The position numbers and the translations under genes are program-made. The notes beneath the pieces are model-generated. The model was not told where the DNA came from. It saw nothing but the letters and a program-made list of their open reading frames with translations, and searched no databases. From Longimicrobiales bacterium (GTDB lineage: Bacteria; Gemmatimonadota; Gemmatimonadetes; Longimicrobiales; Gaopeijiaceae), in the NCBI GenBank assembly GCA_965116905.1, contig OZ220732.1, positions 2,752,001-2,816,000 on the forward strand: a stretch of 64,000 bases of DNA, given 5' to 3'. Within the stretch, counting starts at the first letter, position 1, and every line of letters begins with the position of its first letter. Below are positions 9,182 to 20,640 of this stretch, piece by piece.

Positions 9182-11938
9182 CATGGCTCCCGTGGCCAGC
9201 TTCCGGAGCACGGTGTGGAGGATGCCGCCGTTGCGGTAGTACTCCAGCTCGACGTCCGAGTCGAGGCGTACGACGGCCCGGAAGTCGGCGGCAACGCCGT
9301 CTTCCCTCGTCACGCGCACCCGAACCGTCCCGCCCGGCGTCAGGCCCTCGGCGATCCCGGTCAGGTCGTACTCTTCAAACCCCGTCAACCCCAGACGCTC
9401 GGCACCGTCCCCATCTGCGAACTGGAGCGGCAGCACGCCCATCCCCACCAGGTTCGAGCGGTGAATGCGTTCGTAGCTCTCGGCGATCACGGCCCTTACG
9501 CCGAGCAGCTGCGTGCCCTTCGCGGCCCAGTCGCGCGAGCTGCCGGTCCCGTATTCGCGGCCGGCGATCACGATCAGGGGGGTGCCGGCATCCCGGTAGC
9601 GCTCGGACGCGTCGAAAATCGTGGTCATTTCGCCGGTCGGCACGTGCACGGTGTAGCCGCCCTCCTTGTCGTCGAGCATGAGGTTCCGGAGGCGGACGTT
9701 GCCGAAGGTCCCGCGCATCATGACCTCGTGGTTGCCGCGGCGGGAGCCGAAGGTGTTGAAGCGGATCGGGTCGACGCCGTGATCCTGCAGGTAGCGGCCG
9801 GCGGGTTCGTTGCGCGGAATCGCTCCGGCGGGAGAGATGTGGTCCGTGGTGACGGTCTGTCCGAGGAGGGCGAGGACGCGCGCGCCGCGGACGTCCTGGA
9901 GCGGCGGCGGTTCGTCGCTCATGCCCTGAAAGAAGGGCGGGTTGCGGATATAGGTGGACTCCGGATCCCAGGCGTAGAGGTCCCCCTCCTCGGGCAGGGG
10001 AAGTGCCCGCCAATGCTCGTCGCCGTCGAAGACCCTGGCGTAGCGCTCGCGGTACATCTCGGGTCTGAGAGAAGTGGCGATGGTGTCGCGCACTTCCTCC
10101 GGGGTGGGCCAGATATCCGCCAGGAACACGGGACGGCCGTCGCGCCCCCGGCCCAGCGGCTCGTTGTACAGGTCGATGTCGATCCGTCCGGCCAGCGCGA
10201 AGGCGACCACCAGCATCGGCGAGGCGAGGTAGTTGGCACGGACCAGCGTGTGGATGCGGGCCTCGTAATTCCGGTTGCCCGAAAGGATCGACGCGACCAC
10301 GAGTCCGTGTTCGGAGACGGCTTCGGCGACGGCCTCGGGAAGGGGGCCGCTGTTGCCGATGCACGTCGTGCAGCCGTATCCCACGAGGTTGAAGCGCAGC
10401 TCTTCCAGGTATTCCATGAGCCCCGCGGCCTCCAGGTAGTCGGTGACGACCTGGGATCCGGGCGCCATGCTCGTCTTGACCCACGGTTGCACCTGCAGCC
10501 CCAGGGCGCGCGCCTTCCTGGCCATGAGTCCCGCGCCCACCATCACCGACGGGTTGGAGGTATTGGTGCAGCTGGTAATCGCGGCCACCACGATCGTGCC
10601 GTCGCCGATCTCGACGGTGCGGCCGTCGAGCTCGATGTCGACCGTTCTGCGCGTACTCGCGGCCACGGCCGTCCCGCCGCCCGCTCCACCGGCTCCGCCC
10701 GCGTTGCCACCCGCCGTGAACCCGCTGGGCACGAGGCCGGGGAGGTCTCGCGCGAAAGCCCGGCGGACATCGGTCAGGTCGATCCGGTCCTGCGGCCGCT
10801 TCGGCCCGGCCACGCTGGGCTCGATCGAGGACAGGTCCAGTTCCAGTGTGGACGTGTACTCCGGATCGGGAGTGTCGTCGGTGCGGAAAAGCCCCTGTTC
10901 GCGGGCGATCCGGTCGACGCGCTCCACCAGTTCCGGGCTTCTGCCGGTGCCGCGGAGGTACCGCAGCGTCTCTTCGTCGACGGGGAAGAAGCCGACCGTC
11001 GCGCCGTACTCCGGCGACATGTTGGCGAGCGTCGCCTTGTCGGGAAGGCTCAGGCCGGACAGGCCGGCGCCGTAGTACTCCACGAATCTGCCCACGACCC
11101 CGTGCGCGCGCAGGAGTTCGGTCACGCGCAGCACGAGGTCGGTCGCCGTGGCCCCTTCGGGGAGCGTCCCCGTGAGCTTCACGCCGACCACCTCGGGCAG
11201 CAGCATGTAGTACGGTTGCCCCAGCAGCACCGCCTCGGCCTCGATCCCTCCGACCCCCCAGCCGACGACGCCCAGCCCGTTGATCATCGTGGTGTGCGAA
11301 TCGGTCCCCACCACGGTGTCGGGATAGGCCAGATGGGTCCCGGCGTGTTCGCGCCGATGAATCACGGACGCCAGGTATTCCAGGTTGACCTGGTGCACGA
11401 TGCCCGTTCCGGGCGGCACGACGCTGTAGTTTTCGAAGGCCTCCTGGGCCCACCGGAGCAGGGCGTAGCGCTCCCGGTTCCGTTCGTATTCGCGGGCCAC
11501 GTTCTTTTCGAAGGCGTACCCGGTGCCGAAGAAGTCGACCTGTACGGAGTGGTCGATGACGAGGTCGGCGGGAACGAGCGGGTTGATCCGCGCGGGGTCG
11601 CCCCCCATCTCGCGGATCCCGTCGCGCATGGACGCAAGGTCGACGATCGCGGGAACGCCGGTGAAGTCCTGCAGGACCACCCGGGTGGGCATGAAGGGGA
11701 AGTCCGTGCCCGCGTTGCTCGGACTCCACGCCGCAACGGCCTCGACATGATCCGTGGACACGTAGCCGTCGCCGGCGTTGCGCAGCACGTTTTCGAGGAG
11801 CACGCGGATGGAGAAGGGAAGGCGGTCGAGCCGGACGAGGCCCTCTTCCTCCAGCCGCGCGAGGCGGTAGAAGGAAGTGGCGCCTTCGCTCAGGTCGACC
11901 GTGGCGAGAGCGCCGAGGGGATCGGTGGGGCGGGGCAT
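9179..11938 (-). CDS. acnA: aconitate hydratase A
   Basis: LPFSIRVLLEN, QDFTGVP, DHSVQVD, GTDSHTTM, AAITSCTNTSNP, GYGCTTCIGNSG, TTDHISPAG, GSSRDWAAKG; ATG 11938 has GAGGA upstream. Confidence 0.97.
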   Translation of the reverse strand: MPRPTDPLGALATVDLSEGATSFYRLARLEEEGLVRLDRLPFSIRVLLENVLRNAGDGYVSTDHVEAVAAWSPSNAGTDFPFMPTRVVLQDFTGVPAIVDLASMRDGIREMGGDPARINPLVPADLVIDHSVQVDFFGTGYAFEKNVAREYERNRERYALLRWAQEAFENYSVVPPGTGIVHQVNLEYLASVIHRREHAGTHLAYPDTVVGTDSHTTMINGLGVVGWGVGGIEAEAVLLGQPYYMLLPEVVGVKLTGTLPEGATATDLVLRVTELLRAHGVVGRFVEYYGAGLSGLSLPDKATLANMSPEYGATVGFFPVDEETLRYLRGTGRSPELVERVDRIAREQGLFRTDDTPDPEYTSTLELDLSSIEPSVAGPKRPQDRIDLTDVRRAFARDLPGLVPSGFTAGGNAGGAGGAGGGTAVAASTRRTVDIELDGRTVEIGDGTIVVAAITSCTNTSNPSVMVGAGLMARKARALGLQVQPWVKTSMAPGSQVVTDYLEAAGLMEYLEELRFNLVGYGCTTCIGNSGPLPEAVAEAVSEHGLVVASILSGNRNYEARIHTLVRANYLASPMLVVAFALAGRIDIDLYNEPLGRGRDGRPVFLADIWPTPEEVRDTIATSLRPEMYRERYARVFDGDEHWRALPLPEEGDLYAWDPESTYIRNPPFFQGMSDEPPPLQDVRGARVLALLGQTVTTDHISPAGAIPRNEPAGRYLQDHGVDPIRFNTFGSRRGNHEVMMRGTFGNVRLRNLMLDDKEGGYTVHVPTGEMTTIFDASERYRDAGTPLIVIAGREYGTGSSRDWAAKGTQLLGVRAVIAESYERIHRSNLVGMGVLPLQFADGDGAERLGLTGFEEYDLTGIAEGLTPGGTVRVRVTREDGVAADFRAVVRLDSDVELEYYRNGGILHTVLRKLATGAM

Positions 11939-12078
11939 TCGAATTCGCGTCCTCTTGACGGGTTGATCGGGGGTGTACACGAAGCATGGCGACTCCCGGA
12001 GGGTTCAACAACGGGAGACGCTGGACTAACATAGTTCCGGTGCGGTCTCGCCTGCGGGGTTGGCGGGGTCGCACCCGG

Positions 12079-12162
12079 GCCGAGGTGGCGGAACCGGTAG
12101 ACGCGAAGGTCTCAAAAACCTTTGCCCTTGCGGGCGTGAGGGTTCGAGTCCCTCCCTCGGCA
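12079..12162 (+). tRNA. tRNA-Leu (anticodon CAA)
   Basis: Acceptor GCCGAGG/CCTCGGC + discriminator A; anticodon arm AAGGT-CTCAAAA-ACCTT; long variable arm GCCC-TTGC-GGGC; T-loop GGTTCGAGTCC; CCA not encoded. Confidence 0.95.
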
Positions 12163-12346
12163 CTCATGGGCGGCGGCGGGGGTGGTCGGTTGCCGGGATC
12201 GTCCGGTGTTCGGGGGCAGGTTGCCTGGCGGCGGGCCGCGCCCATGCGCGTATGGGACAAAAGCCGAGGTCGGCGGCCGCCGCGCTTTCTGCGCATGCCG
12301 GCTGCGGGCTATCTTTGAGTGGAAGCGAAAAACCCGGGGGGGCGGT

Positions 12347-12382
12347 GCCGTAGCCCTGTCAATGGCCGCAGCCCTGTCAATG
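12347..12382 (+). repeat. 18-bp tandem direct repeat upstream of DUF411 gene
   Basis: gccgtagccctgtcaatg / gccgcagccctgtcaatg. Confidence 0.85.
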
Positions 12383-12399
12383 GCAAGGAAGGGAAGCGC

Positions 12400-12861
12400 A
12401 TGAACATCAAGAAACTGGCGGCCGGGGTCCTGCTCCTCGGCGGCGCGCTGCTGGTCGCGTCATTCCGGCCGGCGGGGCCGGACACGGACGCCGATATGCA
12501 CGTGTACAAGACCGCCACGTGTGGATGCTGCGCCAAGTGGGTGGATCACATGAGGGCCGCGGGCTTTACGGTGAGCGTCGAGAATGTGATGGACATCAAC
12601 GCCGTGAAGCGCCGGACCGGCGTGCCGCTGGATCTGGGGTCGTGCCATACCGCCGTGGTGGGAGACTACGTGATCGAGGGGCACGTTCCGGCCCGCGTCG
12701 TACGGGCGTTTCTCGATGAGGCTCCGGAGGTTCTGGGGATCGCCGTGCCGGGAATGCCCATCGGATCGCCGGGCATGGAAGGGCCGAATCCGCGCCCGTA
12801 CGATGTGCTCGCGTTCGACCGGGCCGGCAATCGGGGGGTGTTCGAGCGGGTCGAGCCGTAG
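12400..12861 (+). CDS. DUF411 (CopG-like) exported metal-binding protein
   Basis: Signal peptide; YKTATCGCCAKWVDHM, SCHTA, IEGHVPA, AVPGMPIGSPGME. Confidence 0.9.
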   Translation: MNIKKLAAGVLLLGGALLVASFRPAGPDTDADMHVYKTATCGCCAKWVDHMRAAGFTVSVENVMDINAVKRRTGVPLDLGSCHTAVVGDYVIEGHVPARVVRAFLDEAPEVLGIAVPGMPIGSPGMEGPNPRPYDVLAFDRAGNRGVFERVEP

Positions 12862-12886
12862 GTGTCCGTGGTAGCATTCACAACGA

Positions 12887-12915
12887 TTTCGCAGATTTGC
12901 GTTCCGTGGTAGAAT
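12887..12915 (+). promoter_or_regulatory. putative sigma70 promoter (extended -10) for gltA
   Basis: TG-g-TAGAAT at 12907-12915 with weak -35 TTTCGC 17 nt upstream. Confidence 0.45.
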
Positions 12916-12973
12916 AAGGGTCGCACACACGACCCCATCCCCCTACCCGGCACCGGCCCGGCCCGGAGACCCG

Positions 12974-14275
12974 ATGTCTCAGCACAACGCGAAGAACACC
13001 CTTTCCATTACCGACAACCGCACCGGACGACAGTACGAGGTGGAGGTCCGCGACGGCGACGTGATCCGCGCGATGGACCTGCGCCAGATCAAGGTCAACG
13101 AAGGCGACTTCGGGATGATGGCCTACGATCCCGGCTTCACCAACACGGCCTTCACCACCAGCCGCATCACCGAGGTCAAGGGGGGAAAGGGTATCCTGGA
13201 GTACCGGGGGTACCCGATCGAGCAGCTTGCCGAGCAGTCCAGTTTCCTGGAGGTCGCGTACCTGATTCTGAACGGGGAGCTCCCCGACAGGCGTGAACTC
13301 GACGATTTCGTGCACGACGTGACCTATCACACGTACGTGCACGAGAACGTGCTCACGATCCTCCAGGGCTTCCGGTACGATGCCCACGCCATGGGGATGA
13401 TGATCTCCACCGTGGCCGCGCTGTCGACCTTCTACCCCGAGGCCAAGAACATCGAGGATCCGGCCAATCGCAGGAGCCAGATCATCCGGCTCCTCGCCAA
13501 GATGCCGACCCTGGCGGCGTTCGCCTACCGGCATCACAAGGGCCTGCCATACGTCTATCCCGAGAACGGACTCTCGTATACGGCCAATTTCCTGAACATG
13601 CTCTTCCGGATCGGCGGGCGGGAGTATCAGCCGCACCCCGCGCTGGTGCGCGCGCTGGACATTCTCTTCATCCTGCACGCGGACCATGAACAGAACTGTT
13701 CGACGACCGCCATGCGGGTGATCGGAAGCTCACGGGGCGACCCCTACTGCGCCATGTCCGGAGCGATGGCGGCTCTGTACGGACCGCTGCACGGCGGGGC
13801 GAACGAGGCGGTGCTGCGGATGCTCACCGAGATCGGCACCACCGACAACATCCCCGCCTTCATGGACAGCGTGCGCAGGGGAGAGCGGCGCCTGATGGGG
13901 TTCGGGCACCGCGTCTACAAGGCGTATGACCCGCGCGCGACGATCATCAAGCGCGCCGCCGACGAGGTCTTCGAGGTGACCGGGCGCAACCCGCTGCTGG
14001 ATATCGCCCTGGAGCTGGAGAGGATCGCGCTGCAGGAGGAGTACTTCGTCAAGCGCAACCTCTATCCGAACGTGGACTTCTATTCGGGCCTGATCTACCA
14101 GGCCATGGGCTTCCCGGTCGAGCTGTTCCCGGTGCTCTTCGCGATACCGCGCACCGTTGGCTGGCTCGCGCAATGGGAGGAGATGGTCGTGGACCGCGAG
14201 CAGCGGATCGCACGGCCGCGCCAGGTGTTCCGGGGGCATGCCCGCCGCGACTACGTACCGATGGAGTCGCGCTGA
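12974..14275 (+). CDS. gltA: citrate synthase
   Basis: YDPGFTNTA, GILEYRGYPIEQL, HADHEQNCST, GPLHGGANE, LMGFGHRVYK, YPNVDFYSG. Confidence 0.97.
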   Translation: MSQHNAKNTLSITDNRTGRQYEVEVRDGDVIRAMDLRQIKVNEGDFGMMAYDPGFTNTAFTTSRITEVKGGKGILEYRGYPIEQLAEQSSFLEVAYLILNGELPDRRELDDFVHDVTYHTYVHENVLTILQGFRYDAHAMGMMISTVAALSTFYPEAKNIEDPANRRSQIIRLLAKMPTLAAFAYRHHKGLPYVYPENGLSYTANFLNMLFRIGGREYQPHPALVRALDILFILHADHEQNCSTTAMRVIGSSRGDPYCAMSGAMAALYGPLHGGANEAVLRMLTEIGTTDNIPAFMDSVRRGERRLMGFGHRVYKAYDPRATIIKRAADEVFEVTGRNPLLDIALELERIALQEEYFVKRNLYPNVDFYSGLIYQAMGFPVELFPVLFAIPRTVGWLAQWEEMVVDREQRIARPRQVFRGHARRDYVPMESR

Positions 14276-14284
14276 GCGGGACGG

Positions 14285-16348
14285 CTACGATACCGGTCTG
14301 CGTTCCGTAGCGTACTTGTCGAACCATCCCTTCACGGTCGTGATCTTCGACATTCCGTGGGAAGGCCGTCCCCAGATGCCGTGGGCCTCGCCCGGCACCC
14401 GGACGAGGACCGCGTCGACCCCCAGCAGCTTGAGCGCCTTGTAGTACTGTTCCGATTCCGACATCGGCGTGCGCCAGTCTTCCTCGCCCGTCATGATCAG
14501 CGTGGGGGTCTTCACGTTCTCCACCACCGAGAGCAGCGACCGGCTCTCGTAATGCTCGACGTTGTCCCAGGGCAGGCCCGGGAACCAGTGGCTGACGGCC
14601 ATCGGCGCCATGTCGGCGGTCAGTGCGAAGCTGTACCAGTTGATCACGGGGTAGAAGGATACGGCGGCCTTGAACCGGTCCGAGTTGCCGATCATCCAGG
14701 CGGTCAGCACGCCGCCGCCGCTGCCTCCGGTGACGAACAGGTTGTCCTCGTCGATGTAGCCCTGCGCGATGACCGCGTCGACGCCGGAATCGAGGTCGTA
14801 GAAGTCGTCGCCGGGATACGCGTGGTGGATGAGGTTGCCGAATTCCTCGCCGTAGCTGGTGCTGCCCCGGGGGTTGGCGTAGAAGACCACGAATCCGTGC
14901 GAGGCCATCAGCTGCTTCTCGACGTCGAAGCGGTCGCCGTAGTTGGCGAACGGCCCCCCGTGTATCTCGAGGATGAGGGGGTACTTGTTGTTCGGATCGA
15001 AATCCGGGGGCTTCATGATCCAGCCCTGGACCGGTCGGCCGTCGCGCGAGGACTCCCACCAGATCTCCTCGACGGCGCCCAGCGTCTTCGCCGCAAAGAG
15101 ATCGGCGTTGACGGCGGTGATGACCCTGCCGGGGCCGTCGCCGCCCACCATCACGTCGCCGGGCCGGTCCGGGCGGCTGGTAGTGAAGGCGAAGGTGCCG
15201 TCCTGGGCCACCGTGTACGACACGCCGAAGCCGCCGTACGCCATGAACCCGCTGCCGCCGTCCTCGGCGAGGACCTCGTGGGTTCCATCGAGCTGGAAGA
15301 GCGCGAGCCTGGTGTTCCCCTCGTCGTCGTAGAGCCCGTAGATGCCCTCGCCCTCGGGCGCCCAGCGGACCTGGTAGACGGAGCGGTCCAGCTCGCCGCT
15401 CACGACCCGCGAGTTCGAGCCGTCCCGGTCCATGACATGGAGCCGCGTGACCTGGTACCCCTGGTATCGGTCGTCGTAGCCGAGGTAGGCCACCTGCCGG
15501 CCGTCCGGCGATACCGTTGGCGATGAGTCGGGACCCCGCCGATCGGTCAGGGCCTGGACGCTGGCGTCCGCGACCGAGACCTCGTAGACCTCGGAGTCCC
15601 CCCACTCGATCTCCCAGTCCTCGCGGAGGTTGGCTGCGAGGACAATGGCGTCGGATGTCGGGGCCCACTCGGGCGCGCCGCCCTGGGCACCGAAGAAACC
15701 ACTGTTGTAATGCCGGTCGCCCGAGGTCAGCTGTCTCGGCGTGCCGCCTTCCGCCGGAACCACGAACAGGTGCCAGTAGCCGGATGGCAGGTCACCCAGC
15801 CCGTCAAAGCGGAAGACCAGCTTGTCCGTGTACTTCGCCGGCTCGGCCCACTGCGCGCCAGCAGGCGCGGCGGGCAGCTGTCCGATGACCAGCGGCGCCT
15901 CGGGCACCAGCTTGTGGAACGCCAGAAGCGATCCGTCCGGAGACCAGGAGAGGCCGGTCGCGGGATCCGTGAGGTTGGTGATGGCGGCCGTCTGTCCGGA
16001 CTCCACCCAATGCATGTAGATCTGCGGCATGCCGTCCCGGTTGGACATGTACGCGATTCGCGACCCGTCCGGGGACCAGCGGGGGCTGTGGTCGATGAAC
16101 TTGCCGGTCGTCAGGGGACGGTGATCGCTGCCATCCGCCGAGATCAGCCACAGGTTCGAGTAGTTCATGTCCGTCATGACGTCGGCGAACTGACGCACAT
16201 AGACGACCTGGTCCCCATCCGGCGAGATCCTGGGATCGCTGGCGTATTCGAGGTCGAAGACGTCGATTTCGGTCAGGCGGGCGGTCTGGCCCGCGAGCGG
16301 AGATGCAACCAACAGGGCGACAGCGGGGTATACGAAGGAGAGCCGCAC
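14285..16348 (-). CDS. exported S9 family peptidase (beta-propeller + alpha/beta hydrolase)
   Basis: Signal peptide; WSPDG repeats; IHGGP, NPRGSTSYG, GGSGGG nucleophile, GEEDWRTP, GEAHG; GTG start with GGAGG RBS. Confidence 0.93.
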   Translation of the reverse strand: MRLSFVYPAVALLVASPLAGQTARLTEIDVFDLEYASDPRISPDGDQVVYVRQFADVMTDMNYSNLWLISADGSDHRPLTTGKFIDHSPRWSPDGSRIAYMSNRDGMPQIYMHWVESGQTAAITNLTDPATGLSWSPDGSLLAFHKLVPEAPLVIGQLPAAPAGAQWAEPAKYTDKLVFRFDGLGDLPSGYWHLFVVPAEGGTPRQLTSGDRHYNSGFFGAQGGAPEWAPTSDAIVLAANLREDWEIEWGDSEVYEVSVADASVQALTDRRGPDSSPTVSPDGRQVAYLGYDDRYQGYQVTRLHVMDRDGSNSRVVSGELDRSVYQVRWAPEGEGIYGLYDDEGNTRLALFQLDGTHEVLAEDGGSGFMAYGGFGVSYTVAQDGTFAFTTSRPDRPGDVMVGGDGPGRVITAVNADLFAAKTLGAVEEIWWESSRDGRPVQGWIMKPPDFDPNNKYPLILEIHGGPFANYGDRFDVEKQLMASHGFVVFYANPRGSTSYGEEFGNLIHHAYPGDDFYDLDSGVDAVIAQGYIDEDNLFVTGGSGGGVLTAWMIGNSDRFKAAVSFYPVINWYSFALTADMAPMAVSHWFPGLPWDNVEHYESRSLLSVVENVKTPTLIMTGEEDWRTPMSESEQYYKALKLLGVDAVLVRVPGEAHGIWGRPSHGMSKITTVKGWFDKYATERRPVS

Positions 16349-16370
16349 GGTTACCTCCTGGAGCTGTGTG

Positions 16371-16404
16371 CGTATGTTGGACGGAGCCGTATGTTGGACG
16401 GAGC
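16371..16404. repeat. perfect 17-bp tandem duplication in divergent intergenic region
   Basis: cgtatgttggacggagc x2. Confidence 0.9.
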
Positions 16405-16492
16405 AGGGCAGAGTACAATATCCACGGTTGCCGGCAAAGGCGAGGATTCCCGAGCCCGCCGGTCCCGCGGTTCGCGGACAGAGGAGTCGACA

Positions 16493-16876
16493 ATGTGGAA
16501 CGGGCTTTCAACACGGACGGGACATCGCTTTCATCGTCACGTGCTTGCCGCGATGGCGCTTGCGCTTCTGGGCGCGTGCGCGACCGCGAACGGCGCGAGG
16601 ACGAACCCCTTGGAGGGCGACGGGCGGGATTCGGAGGAAATCGAGATCCTGGTCCGGAACAACCACTTCAGCCAGGCCACCGTGTATACGGCGCGAGGCG
16701 GAGCCTCCATGCGCCTGGGGATCGTGCCGGGGAAGGGCAAGGCGACCTTCCGGACCCGGTGGCCGCTTCCCGACATTCAGCTGCGCGTGAAGTTCCTGGC
16801 GGGCTCCGATTTCCTCACCCAAACGATGCCGGTGGGGCCGGGAGAACTCCTGGAACTGATCATCCAGGCCAGATAG
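16493..16876 (+). CDS. hypothetical small lipoprotein
   Basis: GAGGAG RBS, ATG 16493; LALLGAC lipobox; beta-rich mature domain. Confidence 0.75.
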   Translation: MWNGLSTRTGHRFHRHVLAAMALALLGACATANGARTNPLEGDGRDSEEIEILVRNNHFSQATVYTARGGASMRLGIVPGKGKATFRTRWPLPDIQLRVKFLAGSDFLTQTMPVGPGELLELIIQAR

Positions 16877-16982
16877 CGGTCCCCAACGGCGCGTCGTCCT
16901 GAACGCGCCCGGATGCCCCCGGGGCCCAGCCTGCCTATTATCAGAGGCTGACAGCAGGCACACGCTTTTCGGGAGCATCAAT

Positions 16983-19037
16983 ATGCGCATTCACTCCTGC
17001 AAATGGTCCTTTCTTGCCGTCCTTGGCTGCGTGGTTCCCTCCGCGGTGGCGGGCCAGGCGGCCGATGCAGCGGCCTTCACCGTCGACGACGCCATCGACA
17101 TGGTGCGGGTGTCGGGACCGAAGCTTGCCCCCGACGGCACGCGGATTCTCTTTGTGAAGAACGAACTGGACTGGGACGAGAACAAACGCAAGAGTCGGAT
17201 CTGGGTGGTCGGGGCCGATGGCCAGGGCGCCCGCCCGTTCACGGGTTCCGCCGACGACAGCAACGCTGAATGGTCCCCTGACGGACGCTGGGTCTCGTTC
17301 ACCCGGCCGGTCGGGGACAGCGACAAGGTGCGGCAACTCTTCGTGCTCCCGGTCGACGGGGGCGAGGCCGTCCAGTTGACGCAGCATCCGACCGCCGTGG
17401 GCAGCTACCGCTGGTCCGACGATGGAGCCTCGGTCTTCTTCCTGGCCAACGATTCGCTTCCCGACGATCTGGAGGAAGAACGCAAGAAGGGCGACGACGC
17501 CGTGTTCATCGACGAGGGCCCGAACGGCCAGACGCGGGGCTCGTGGAACGGGGTGTGGCGCGTGACCGTGTCGCTGGCCGACGCTCCTCTGGACGCAACG
17601 CGCGTGACCCCCGAGGTCCGCCGCATCGGGGACTTTGCCCCGTCGCCGGACGGCAACTTCCTCGTGTATGTCTATCGGCAGGAGAACCGCCGCAACGCGG
17701 GCCATCTCACGGAGGTGATGCTGCACACGATCTCCACCGGCGAGGAGGTGCAGATCACCGACAACGACGCACCTGAAGCGCAGTTGGCGTGGTCCCCGGA
17801 TGGTCGCGCGATCACTTTCGGGGCGCCGGATCTGGAGACCTGGGAGCTGGACCAGGGCAATCTCTACCACTACGACATCCCCACCGGCAACGTCCGGCAG
17901 CTCGCGGCGGATACCGATGTCGACATCCGCAGCTATCGCTGGAATCCCGGTGGACGGTCCATCGAGATCGTGGCGCTCGACCGGACCGACGCGAACATCT
18001 TCCGTGTGGACGTACGGTCGGGCGAGGTGGAGCAGGTCACGCACGGGAACGGCATCATATCGGGGGCTTCGTTCGATGCGCTCCACCGCAGGGTGGCGTT
18101 CGTCCACGCAAGTCCTCGCGAACCCGGCGACCTGTGGCTCACAGACCTCTCGGACGATTCCAGGGTACGGCTCACCGAGGCGAACCCGGACCTCGCGGCC
18201 CGGAATCTGGCTGAACCGGAGGTGGTTCGCTGGGAGAGCACCGACGGCCTCGAGATCGAAGGGATTCTCTATCGGCCCGAGGGCAGAACAGCACCCGGCG
18301 CGGCGGTCCTCGAGATCCACGGGGGCCCGGCGGGCGTGTTCACCCGGGGGTTCGACGCCGACGCCCAGATCCTGGTGGCGCAGGGGTACGCGGTGCTGCA
18401 GCCCAACGTTCGCGGCTCGTCCGGCTACGGAGACGATCTCCTGCGCGGCAACATGAACGACATCGGCGGCGGGGACTACCACGACCTCATGACGGGTGTC
18501 GACGCGATCATCGAGCGGGGTGTGGCGCACCCGGACTCCCTGGCGGTCAAGGGTTGGAGCTACGGAGGCATTCTGGGCGGGTGGACCATCACCCGGACGG
18601 AGCGCTTCAAGGCCGCCAGCCTGGGCGCGATGGTGGCGGACTGGCGGAGCGAGTTCGGCGCCGGATTCAACTTCGACGTCGTGCGCTGGTACCTCGGCGG
18701 CGATCCCTGGTCGAACCGCGACTACTGGACCGAGCGCTCGGCCTACAGCCACCTCGACAAGGTGACCACGCCGACCATCCTGTTCCACGGAACCGAGGAC
18801 CGCACCGATACGATGGAGCAATCCATGAACTTCTTCGCTGGGCTTCGCCACCTGGGTGTGGAGGCGCGCTTCATCCTGTTCCCGCGCGAGGGTCACGGAA
18901 TCCGGGAACCGAGGCATCGCCGCACCCTGCTCGTAGAGGAGATGCGGTGGCTGCAGCGGTACGTCCGGGACATGGACTGGGAGCCGCCGGCACGTCCGGA
19001 TGCGGACGCGAAGAAGGAAGTGGCGGCGATCTCCTGA
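16983..19037 (+). CDS. exported S9 family peptidase
   Basis: Signal peptide; WSPDG repeats; IHGGP, PNVRGSSGYG, GWSYGG, HGTEDRT, REGHG. Confidence 0.93.
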   Translation: MRIHSCKWSFLAVLGCVVPSAVAGQAADAAAFTVDDAIDMVRVSGPKLAPDGTRILFVKNELDWDENKRKSRIWVVGADGQGARPFTGSADDSNAEWSPDGRWVSFTRPVGDSDKVRQLFVLPVDGGEAVQLTQHPTAVGSYRWSDDGASVFFLANDSLPDDLEEERKKGDDAVFIDEGPNGQTRGSWNGVWRVTVSLADAPLDATRVTPEVRRIGDFAPSPDGNFLVYVYRQENRRNAGHLTEVMLHTISTGEEVQITDNDAPEAQLAWSPDGRAITFGAPDLETWELDQGNLYHYDIPTGNVRQLAADTDVDIRSYRWNPGGRSIEIVALDRTDANIFRVDVRSGEVEQVTHGNGIISGASFDALHRRVAFVHASPREPGDLWLTDLSDDSRVRLTEANPDLAARNLAEPEVVRWESTDGLEIEGILYRPEGRTAPGAAVLEIHGGPAGVFTRGFDADAQILVAQGYAVLQPNVRGSSGYGDDLLRGNMNDIGGGDYHDLMTGVDAIIERGVAHPDSLAVKGWSYGGILGGWTITRTERFKAASLGAMVADWRSEFGAGFNFDVVRWYLGGDPWSNRDYWTERSAYSHLDKVTTPTILFHGTEDRTDTMEQSMNFFAGLRHLGVEARFILFPREGHGIREPRHRRTLLVEEMRWLQRYVRDMDWEPPARPDADAKKEVAAIS

Positions 19038-19045
19038 CCGGCCGG

Positions 19046-20359
<1,314 letters not shown>

Positions 20360-20392
20360 CGGGTGCCGGCGGCACGGAGCCGGATCGGCGGT

Positions 20393-20620
20393 TCAGACCT
20401 GCAGCACCCGATAGAGAATCCGTTCCTCGTCGAGCGCGCTCGTCAGCTCGTCGGCGTGGCGTCCGGGAATGCGCAGGGCGATTCCGCACTTGGCGCCGCC
20501 CTCCGGTGGTGCGGGGACCACGTCCACCGGTATCGCTTGCTCGCGCGCGACGTCTTCGGCCCACATCGCGTGGTGCGTGGTCTCGAAGATGAAGACGTGT
20601 GCGGGGGAATCGTCGGTCAT
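20393..20620 (-). CDS. DUF3343-like small protein
   Basis: MTDDSPAHVFIFETTHHAMWAE...VVPAP...AKCGIALR; C-terminus of ORF 20393..21208. Confidence 0.75.
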   Translation of the reverse strand: MTDDSPAHVFIFETTHHAMWAEDVAREQAIPVDVVPAPPEGGAKCGIALRIPGRHADELTSALDEERILYRVLQV

Positions 20621-20640
20621 GATGCGGATCGTTTGCGGCG

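Noticed and set aside
11993..12018. CTCCCG/CGGGAG hairpin upstream of acnA as an iron-responsive-element-like RNA
   Set aside because: Short GC stem with no recognisable IRE loop; such stems arise by chance at this GC content.
12079..12162. tRNA-Leu as the attachment site of an integrated element
   Set aside because: No integrase and no duplicated tRNA 3' end noticed in the window; housekeeping gltA follows closely.
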